This document shows, one piece after another, positions 53,710 through 62,236 of a stretch of DNA of 64,000 nucleotides. A program made the translations under genes and the position numbers. Source of the DNA: an uncultured Acidobacteriota bacterium (GTDB taxonomy: Bacteria; Acidobacteriota; UBA6911; RPQK01; JAPXNP01); assembly GCA_963777605.1 (NCBI GenBank), contig CAVZRV010000011.1:224001-288000 (forward strand), read 5' to 3'. How positions within the stretch are numbered: the first letter of the stretch is position 1; every line of letters begins with the position of its first letter. Below the pieces are notes generated by a model. That model saw only the letters and a program-made list of their open reading frames with translations. It ran no database searches and was not told the origin of the DNA.

Positions 53710-54791
53710 CTACTTTTGGCCGCTCCGTTCCGTCGCGAGCTCTTTTTCCATCTCCTTGATCTCCTGCTGAAGCGCGTCAATCTGTGCCTTCTGCGCCTTG
53801 GCGGCCTCAACCAGGACGGCGGCCAGGGCGCCGTAGTCGATCCCCTGGGGAGTCCCCCTTGGAAATTCACGACTTCGGGCAGGACCTCGGCCACTTCTTC
53901 TGCTATCAGGCCCAGTGAGGGCTTTCCGTCACTCTTCCAGTCGAACGTCACCCCGCGAAGCTGCTTCAGTTTATCGACCGCGTCGGGAAGTGTTCGGACA
54001 TCCGTTTTCCGGGTGATTGAACTGGTCTGATAGAACTCTCGCGCGGAGACTGTCCCCGTGAAGATCGCTTCGCCGTCGTTGGTGATGGTCAGCCTGCGCT
54101 GGCCTTCACCCCCGACCGACGTACCCAGGTCGTTGATGATGAACTCCCCGTCATTCAGATCGGACGCATTCACGCCGACGACGAACGTTTTCAGGATTTC
54201 CCCTTTGGTGTTGTTTCGGACGAGTATGAAGGCCGCCGAGTCCGCCGATCGGTCCATTCGAAACACGGCATTCGGACCTTTCAGGTGGACGGCGCGTTCG
54301 GGGGTGTCCGTTCCGACGCCCAAGTACCCGCCGATCGTGAAATCTCCCGGATGATCCACCGCCAGTGCCACCGCAGTGGGCGCTTGCTGAGTGAACGGGA
54401 AGAGCCGAATCTCTCCGACACTGTAGCCGATCGGCTCCGACCAGTCGTCCCAGGCCTGGAGGGTGTAGCGAACGTAACCCTCGGGATTATCGACCCAGTC
54501 TGCCAACAGCGAGTCCCATTGAACCGACGATCCGGGCTGAACGCCGGAGTCGGCGATTTCTTTACCGTCCGGTCCTTTCAACCAGAGCCGAAGTGAACCC
54601 ACGCGCGGGTGATCGACTGAAAAGTTCACCGCCGATCCATGGAACAAAACGGCTACCGCGTTTGACCTGACTCCGCTGTCAGAGGGTCGCAGCGGCCCCA
54701 GATTGTATTGAATCGGGTGACTTGAGGGCGCGCCGAACCCGTCCCCAATCAGAATGAACATTGCCGTCAGTACCAGTCCTGCCATTCTCAT
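53710..54791 (-). CDS. Secreted fibre-like protein with C-terminal peptidase S74 (intramolecular chaperone) domain; frameshift near 53850
   Basis: Signal peptide; LGVGTDTP; TSSITRK..LRGVTFDWK..GLIAEEV..PEVV; IDYGAL plus coiled coil. Confidence 0.78.
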
Positions 54792-54843
54792 GGTTCTCTT
54801 GTCTCCTGGTGCATTTGAACCCTTCACAGAGCGTGGATTCGGG

Positions 54844-56762
54844 TTATTTCAAATTCCGGCGCTGATTCAGTTTCTGCCGGAGCTGTTCTTTTTGCCGGGC
54901 GAGGGCATCCACCTGCCGTTGAAGTTCCTGGTAGGTCTCAATCAGCACTACCAGCAACCCGCGATAGTTCACCTGGGGGACACTGTCCGGATTCCGGAGT
55001 ACCAATTGGGGGAAGAGCGTCTCGACTTCTTCAGCGATCAGGCCGATTCCGGGCTTTCCGGAATCCATCCAGTCGAACTGGACACCGCGCAGGTTCATCG
55101 TCTTTCGAAGCGTGTCGGAAAGCGGGAGGATGTTCGTCTTCAGGTTCCGAGAACTCGTCTGAAAGAAACTCGTCGCAGCGAGACCGCCATCGAATACGGC
55201 GTCTCCGCCGGTAGTGATCGTCAGTCGTCGCCGACCGTTGCCGCCGACGTACCGCCCCAGATCATTGATTAAGAACTCTCCCTGTCCGAAATCGGAAGCA
55301 TTCACTCCCACCACGAAAGACTTGATCGGCAGGCCGGTCTGGGTGGTTCGGACGAGCATGAATGCGGCCGAGTTGCTGCTGCGGTCGAGTCGGAAGACCG
55401 CGTTTGGTCCGCTGACGTGAAAGGCCCGGGAGGGAGCGTCGGTACCGACTCCGAAGTAGCCGACGACGGTGAACTTCTCGGTCATCGAGGGTGCACCGGC
55501 CTCTGGTTGGGCGAGGAAGAGGCCGTCCCCTGCCTTGGTACCCTTGACCGCTTGGGCGAAGACGATCTCGTTCAGGTTGTTCATGGCCACCTGGGCAATG
55601 CGTCCTGCAAACAGGGAACCGAACTGAGTGCCGGGCAAGCCCGGGATCGGGTCGTTCGCTCCCGCAATTCGGGTTAACCCTTTCGGCCCCGCATAAAGCA
55701 CGCTTCCCGCTGCACCGCCGACCAACTCGGTTCCGGTTTCCCAGTTGCCGGCAAACGCCACCGCCCCGGCATTGTTCAGGTCCAGGTCTACGAACGTCCC
55801 GTATCGAGGCGCGGCAAGGTTTCCGATTTGATAGGACGCCAGGCTGTTGTCCGCGATTCTGTACCGGAACAGGCTGGTCGTACCATCGTCGAGACTGGCA
55901 CTGAAGACCAGGTCTCCGCCGTCGTTCAGTACCGGGTCTCCAGGTCAGCCTGGAAGTGCACCTCACACGCTGGATCGGTGCACCCGGCGCCCCAAAACGG
56001 ATCGTCTACCGATGTGACGCGGGTCACCTCTCCGTCGGAAAACAGGCTGATGTGCAGGCCGGGTTTATCGGAGTTGAACTGCCCGGTCACCCACTGCTCT
56101 TCGAAGGCGATTTGACCTTCGCGGTTGAGAGAGAGGGCCGTCGGGACCACGTCCTGGTATTCGGTCGCGACTACGGAGGCGAACTGTCCGTCCGAGGCAA
56201 GAAAGAGGCGGATGCCGTTATTGGCCGTGCCCCCGGTAAACGCAATCTGATCCAGGTCATTCAGCGCAAAGTCCGCGATCGAAGTGGGCTCGGTAAAGGT
56301 ACCGTAGTCCACCTGGACGACCGTGGACCAGGCCCCGTCGGCGTAGAGGAAGACCCCTCCGAACGGAGCCCGGATCGCGACATGGCCCCGGTTGTTGATC
56401 CGCAGGTCGTGCACGCTGAGATCGGTTGCACCGGTGGGAAGAGGATCTCCCGAAAGGTAGAGCGGCTGGATCTCCCCGTCGTCGAAAAGGAAGACGCCCC
56501 CGGTTGTGGAACCGTTGAGGACGGTGGCACCGAAGACGACCTGCCCCAGGTCGTTGACGTCGAACTTGCCGAAGCGGTTGAACGTGCCCCCCGCGGTGCC
56601 CGGCGCGGGATCCCCGGTCAGGACGAGCGGTCGAATGGTGAAGTTCTCTCCACCGAGGCACCCCCCGATTCCGGCCCAAAGCACCAGGCTTGCAATCAGG
56701 CCGAATTGTGCAGACGGTCTGAACCGGGCAAGACATGAAGCATGACGAACTTGAGCAGGCAT
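54844..56762 (-). CDS. Secreted NxxGxxAF-repeat protein fused to S74-chaperone fibre (frameshifts about 55760-55930)
   Basis: NDLGQVVF, NNRGHVAI, NREGQIAF, NNLNEIVF; TSSRNLK..LRGVQFDW..GLIAEEV..VNYRGL. Confidence 0.72.
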
Positions 56763-56809
56763 AATCTGACCCTCCCCTGGTTTCTCATCATAAAGCCAGC
56801 CCACCCCAC

Positions 56810-57100
56810 CTAAGGATCTGGCAGGACTGGGAACGTACTCCTGTAGCTGTCGTCGACCCGAATGACGACCGTAATCAGGTCGGTTGAACTCGCAAACTCT
56901 GCTGTCCCCTGGGACTGATCCAGGCTTCGGTTAACCAGGATGAATTCGGTGGCGAAGTACTCGTCGGAATGTGTCGGCTCGTTCGCCCCCTCGGCAACTT
57001 GGGGAATCCAGATGGCGGCCGCCTGGATCTCAGCGGCTCCGGCGAACATGGAGAACAAGCCCAGTGCAACGAGAAATGAATACGGCCGCGATTTCACCAT
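56810..57100 (-). CDS. Small secreted protein or fragment (IPQVAEG domain similar to the 50842 tail)
   Basis: Signal peptide; WIPQVAEG..FATEFILVN resembles VFPQFADG..KTAFLLIN. Confidence 0.5.
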   Translation of the reverse strand: MVKSRPYSFLVALGLFSMFAGAAEIQAAAIWIPQVAEGANEPTHSDEYFATEFILVNRSLDQSQGTAEFASSTDLITVVIRVDDSYRSTFPVLPDP

Positions 57101-57113
57101 GACCTAAACGTTA

Positions 57114-57129
57114 AGCACTGTTCGTACCA
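57114..57129 (-). promoter_or_regulatory. Sigma54 -24/-12 promoter candidate
   Basis: Reverse complement TGGTACGAACAGTGCT (GG-N10-GC) just upstream of ATG 57100. Confidence 0.5.
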
Positions 57130-57677
57130 GTGTCCACCTCGGACTCAATGAATCGTCTATGTGGCTGCGTTTGGGGGAATAACAGCACATCCTGGGTTTC
57201 GGCGGGCACTGGTCCCACGGTCAAGGAGATACTTACGGATGTGTCTGATTGACCCACAGAAGTGGTATTCTGTCACTAAATCGGTGACACGCACATAATT
57301 GACTCGTAAACCCCCGTCAATTCACTATTTCAATCAAGATCTGGCACTCATTTCAGCGGATCGCTGGGAGGGTCGGTCCGATGAAGTGATCCGTCGTGAG
57401 CTCTTTCGGAGGTCAGTCACCCTGTCGATACGGCGGGCAGAGCAACCGCCCGGCTTCCGGTGAGGATTCCACCGAATTCTTCGAAATTGGTGCCAGACCG
57501 CTCACGGAATCTTTTGTTTTCCAGTACTTACGCTCCAAATCGGTGCGTGTCACTTCCCTTCGAGGAGATTGGAAGATCTGGATGAATTGGCGGGATCTGG
57601 GGTAGCGTTGCCGGGAGGGGGCGGACTTGTGAATCAAGCACGGCTTCCGGAGCGCCGGAGGAGCTTTTCGCACCTTA

Positions 57678-57880
57678 GCCCAGGAGTTCACTCCTGGAAA
57701 ACGGTTGAAGCATAAAGAGAATTAGTCCCGGAGGGACGGCCGAATCCGGGCTGACAATGGTTGGTCGTGACGCGCCGGCAGGAGTCATCGGCCACCCCTC
57801 CGGGGCTTGAGGAATCGCGTGAACAGCCCATTTCCCAGGACTTGAAGTTCTGGGCTGGAATCGAGATGTCCCTCCGGGAC
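57678..57880. repeat. REPIN-like element (gtcccggagggac ... gtccctccgggac)
   Basis: 13-bp inverted repeat at 57725/57868, plus ccaggagttcactcctgg and cccaggacttgaagttctggg hairpins. Confidence 0.65.
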
Positions 57881-58212
57881 AATGGGGTAGTCCCCAAACC
57901 TATGGCAAGTTTCACAGTCTGAATAATCCACAGAGGCCGCCGGGGCGGAGCTGATTTGGCAACAGAAACAGGGAAAACGGCAGCGTGGAGGCTCGAATAG
58001 CCTCACTCACCCGGCGGAAGACCTGACCGCGGCTCTGTCGAATCGACTCACAACCGCGGCTTTCTGTCCCGCCATGTGATTAACAAAGTCCGAAAGGGAT
58101 TCAACCTGAGGAGCCAAATCCGAATCCCGAGACCCACACTGATCCTGGGCGCCTCAGACACAATACCCGGCCACTCGAGTTTGAGAATTTCCTGATCGAA
58201 GTGACCACTCTA

Positions 58213-59697
58213 TCAGAGGTCACTCCCCGCCAGCAGTCCCAAAAGTCCCCTTACCTGTTCAGAAACCCCGGCAGCAAGATCGCCGGATCCATCGTAACCG
58301 ACATGCTTGTACTGGATGATGCCGTCACCGTCTGAGATGTATATTGCCGGGATCTCTCCCAGCCCGAAAAGCCGAGGAGCGTCCAGGCTTCGCACGACTG
58401 GAAAGGTCAGCTTTCGCTTCTTCAGAAAATCCCGAACTGAGCCATCCCGCTCGTCCAGGCTGATCGCGATTACGCGGACCCGGGGATCGTCCTTGAAGAG
58501 TTGGTACACCTTCTCCACCTCGGGGAGTTCCTTCACACACGGACCGCACCAGGTTGCCCAGAACGCCAGAACTCCGACCCTGCCGTCGAAATCCGATCGG
58601 TCGACACTGCTCTCGTCCAGTGTCCGGAAGGAGAACTCCGGAAGACTCCGTGCGTAACGCCGACGCGCTGCGGCAATCGCCTCATCGAGCGACAGATTCG
58701 CAGGAGCTTCCTCCAACGAAACGACGGATGTCGCACCAGCGGACTGATTGAAGGCAAGCACCAGGGCTCTCAACGCATCGGGCCCGCCTGGCGTCATCTC
58801 CAGGAGTGTTCCACGGGCTGCGTCATTCCGGTATCGGATCAACGCCTCGAGGTAATGCTCCCGGGCTAATTCCTTCTTCCCCTGCTGTTCGAACAAGTTT
58901 CCCAACAATAGATGAATCTCGGAGGCATCCTCTTCCGCTTCGTTGAGAAGTTTGCTCGGCCAAGCTGTTTCGTCCACGGCTTCGATAATCGGCTGCAGCA
59001 CATCGATTGCCTTTGCTTCTGAGCCGAGTTGGACGTCGAGCTTTGAGATTTCCAGCGCAATGTAGGCGCGATCCAGAAGCGCTCGCAGCCTGCAATCTCT
59101 TTCACTCGGTCTACCATAAGCGTTAATGGCAACCCCGGGCATATTCTCGGGAATCGCCGCGTTGAAAGCCTCCTCATAAAGGCGCAGGGCGAGGTTGGGC
59201 AAACCCTCTTCAACCATATGGCTGCCGAACCGGACATACAGGATGTGGTTCGGATAGTGCTTCGCCAGGATCGTTTCCGCCAGCTCAGTTCGGTGATCTT
59301 TCTGGTTCGATGACTTAAAGAGAAACTCACACGCGTCGAGAAGCAGCGATGGATGTTGATCAAGGAGCTTGGCATCGTCGAGGACGGCGTGGGCCAGTTC
59401 GGCCCCTTTGTTTACATCGTGGGTCGCGTAGTAATCGAGCAGCCCGCGGTAGGCGACATTGATGTTGGCGTACCCGGGGTATTCATCAATCAGCTGTTGC
59501 CAGATTCTCGCCTTCTCAGCCTCGCCACTTGCATTCAAGCCAAGGTGATAAAGGTGATCAGGCGTTTCGCTCGCCGCCGGCTTCGCAGGGCGGGATGCCT
59601 CTGGCGAGACATTTCCCGTCTGCATGTCTTGTGAACAGGAGCAGCCGAGAGCGAACGCAAGGCAGAAACCGAGAACCCCACAGGACCCGCGTGTCAT
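58213..59697 (-). CDS. TPR-like helical lipoprotein with C-terminal TlpA/redoxin domain
   Basis: Lipobox-like ALGC; FWATWCGPCVKELP; IP motif. Confidence 0.85.
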   Translation of the reverse strand: MTRGSCGVLGFCLAFALGCSCSQDMQTGNVSPEASRPAKPAASETPDHLYHLGLNASGEAEKARIWQQLIDEYPGYANINVAYRGLLDYYATHDVNKGAELAHAVLDDAKLLDQHPSLLLDACEFLFKSSNQKDHRTELAETILAKHYPNHILYVRFGSHMVEEGLPNLALRLYEEAFNAAIPENMPGVAINAYGRPSERDCRLRALLDRAYIALEISKLDVQLGSEAKAIDVLQPIIEAVDETAWPSKLLNEAEEDASEIHLLLGNLFEQQGKKELAREHYLEALIRYRNDAARGTLLEMTPGGPDALRALVLAFNQSAGATSVVSLEEAPANLSLDEAIAAARRRYARSLPEFSFRTLDESSVDRSDFDGRVGVLAFWATWCGPCVKELPEVEKVYQLFKDDPRVRVIAISLDERDGSVRDFLKKRKLTFPVVRSLDAPRLFGLGEIPAIYISDGDGIIQYKHVGYDGSGDLAAGVSEQVRGLLGLLAGSDL

Positions 59698-60091
59698 ACG
59701 GGCGATTCTACGAACCAGGATTCAGATATGCACCGATTATCTGAATCGAGGCCATCGGCTCCGTCCGCAGTGACTTCCGCACAACGACCGCCCCTGATTG
59801 GCGATGCGAGCAAAAGGAGTGTCCCTGTGTCCGCGAGGTTTGCCTGGTGGAGTCAAGTGAGATCAGCACAGTCTTCGCGATCTGGCCCGAAACTCTTTTG
59901 GAGTGCTGAATCGACAGGTTCAGCTTTTTCCCAGCGAGGTATGTCTCCCACGGCATCAGGAAGCGAGAGCTTCCGTCTCCTCAGCCGATGGCCCCCGTCT
60001 GTCACCGAGCCGTGGACTGACGGTTCCGGTGAAATCTCTTTCCCAGAAGACGGTTCTCAGGCCTGCCGAGTGCCGGCAGGGAGCCAAATCT

Positions 60092-60238
60092 GAGCGGCGT
60101 TGGAGATGAGTTTCCGTCGTTCACCTTGGCGGAAGCTGTTCGCTTCCGTCCGACTTGCCGGGTTTCAAAGGGGAAGCTCTCGGTTCCGCACTTCCATACG
60201 AATTAGAGACGTGCCGGAACCGGTAGTCAAGAATCGAG
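60092..60238 (+). repeat. Two-hairpin dispersed element, copy 3
   Basis: caccttggcggaagc..gcttccgt..gccgggtttcaaag..ggttccgcac..gagacgtgccggaa shared with copy 2. Confidence 0.78.
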
Positions 60239-60287
60239 TGGGTTTCTATAATGGAGGCTGGACAGCAAACCTATCCGGAAGGAGGGA

Positions 60288-61013
60288 ATGATGGCTGATC
60301 AGCCACAAGGATGCGCTCGGATAACGGGTACTGTTACGGGCGAAAAGCACGAAAAGGAACAGGCAGTCGAGCAAGACGCCTCTAAGGAGGAAATCATGGC
60401 CGTCCGTGTTGGGCAAAATGCCCCCGACTTTGCCGCCCCGGCTTTCTACAAGGGCGGATTTACCAATGTGAAACTTTCCGATCACTTGGGGAAGTGGGTT
60501 CTGCTCTGCTTCTATCCCGGTGACTTCACCTTCGTCTGAGCGACCGAAGTGTCGGCGGTCGCCGACAAATACGACGTGCTGCAGGGAATGGGTGTCGAGG
60601 TTATCTCGGTCAGCGTGGACAGTCATTTCGTACACAAGATGTGGAACGACCACGAACTGGTGAAGATGGTTGACGGAGGCGTTCCCTTCGCAATGGCATC
60701 AGACCAGGCGGGCAACGTGGGAAAGGCCTACGGAGTCTTCGATGAGAACCAGGGAATCGAGCTTCGCGGACGGTTTATCATCGATCCGGATGGAGTTGTC
60801 CAGGCCATGGAAGTTCTGACCCCGCCGGTCGGTCGCCGGCTTGCAGAGACTGTTCGCCAAATCCAGGCATTTCAACATGTTCGGGCCACCAAGGGAGCCG
60901 AGGCAACTCCGGCCGGGTGGGAACCGGGCGACATTACGCTCAAACCGGGCCCGGATTTGGTTGGAAAGGTCTGGGAAGTCTGGAGTCCGTCCATGGAGAG
61001 CGCAAAGAAATAG
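60288..61013 (+). CDS. prxU: Selenocysteine-containing peroxiredoxin (PrxU/AhpC type)
   Basis: [12 protein letters not shown](60537)-ATE at the peroxidatic Cys position; frame continues [16 protein letters not shown]. Confidence 0.93.
60550..60567 (+). promoter_or_regulatory. SECIS element
   Basis: tgtcggc-ggtc-gccgaca perfect hairpin about 10 nt after UGA. Confidence 0.85.
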
Positions 61014-61038
61014 ACTCCGCGTCTGGTTGCTGTCGCCG

Positions 61039-61066
61039 AAAGGGGCGGGCGAACTCGCCCCTTTTT
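61039..61066. terminator. Rho-independent terminator between convergent genes
   Basis: aaaggggcgg-gcgaac-tcgcccc-ttttt. Confidence 0.75.
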
Positions 61067-61086
61067 GTCTCGGCCCGAACGCGGGC

Positions 61087-61767
61087 TCAGTTGATCAGCT
61101 TGCAGTCTTTGATGTAATCCATCTCCGGAAACTCCCGGCGCAAGTACTTGTTACCGAGGCGCTGAAGCAGATTGGGCTTCGGACCATCCCCCTTGGGCTG
61201 CAGTTCCCCGTATCCGGTATATATCGAGTCAAGAGTTTCCATCCCTTCGACAACTCGGCAAATCGGAGCGAGCCCGAAGCTGTCTAAGTCGGCGGCGTTG
61301 TCGCCAAGGTTGATGAACAGCTGTGTCGTGCGCGAATTCGGGGCTTCCTGGGCGAAAGACATGGTGCCACGATCGTTCGAAAGCTGGGGCTCGTCATCTC
61401 GGATTTTGGCCTCAGCCCAAATTTGAGTAACCTCGGGGTTCCCGTGCGTTCCGAACTGGACAATATAACTCTCGATGGCCCGGTAAAACGCGACATCCTC
61501 AAAGTAACCAGCCTTGACCAGGTTGTAGAAGCGGTCTACACCGTAGGGAGCCCACTCCCGGTTGCAGCGGACGGTAAAAGCGCCCTTCGTCGTCTCGACG
61601 AGGACAGAGAACTCCGCGGGCGCCTCCGCCTTCATCAGTGCAGGAGAAAATAGTCCGGGGTTGACATCGGGTTCGACGGCCCGCGGGACAGGTTCAGGAG
61701 TCGAGGAACATCCCCAGAAGGAAGACACACCCAACAGAAACACCAATCGCAGAAGCCGACGGCTCAT
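61087..61767 (-). CDS. Cyclophilin-type peptidyl-prolyl isomerase, lipoprotein
   Basis: FWGC lipobox, ETTKG, RFYNLV, FYRAI..VQFG, RTTQLFIN. Confidence 0.9.
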   Translation of the reverse strand: MSRRLLRLVFLLGVSSFWGCSSTPEPVPRAVEPDVNPGLFSPALMKAEAPAEFSVLVETTKGAFTVRCNREWAPYGVDRFYNLVKAGYFEDVAFYRAIESYIVQFGTHGNPEVTQIWAEAKIRDDEPQLSNDRGTMSFAQEAPNSRTTQLFINLGDNAADLDSFGLAPICRVVEGMETLDSIYTGYGELQPKGDGPKPNLLQRLGNKYLRREFPEMDYIKDCKLIN

Positions 61768-62236
61768 GAATCCTTCCCTTCCGACAGACTGCCACATCCG
61801 GGAAGCCATTCGGAAGGGCCGGTCCGCTGATCAGCTTCCTTGTAACATATTCCGGCTGAGCCGGGATCTTGATTGACGGTCGAAACCTCCGATCAGCTTG
61901 TCAATCACTCAGTCGGACACCTCCCATGATGCCAGGGCGGGGGGCAGTTCCGTTCCGTCAACCAGGCTCAGTTGAAGCCGGATGTCGCCAATCAACGGCT
62001 CTATATATTTCGAAGGCATTCCAATACGATCTATTCATCATTAGGCCCGCCTTCCGCCCGAAACTCCGCCGACTGTTCCTCACGTTCGTCCCATCGCACC
62101 ACAACCGTTTGCCCGCCCGGCGCTCGTGATCGATTCCCGAGTCATCCGAGGGCGTGAAGGGTGATGGCGGTGTTCCTGCTCGTGTCCCGCAGAATGTTCG
62201 GCGACTCCTTCCCCGGCGTGAGCAGCCTAAGCTTCA

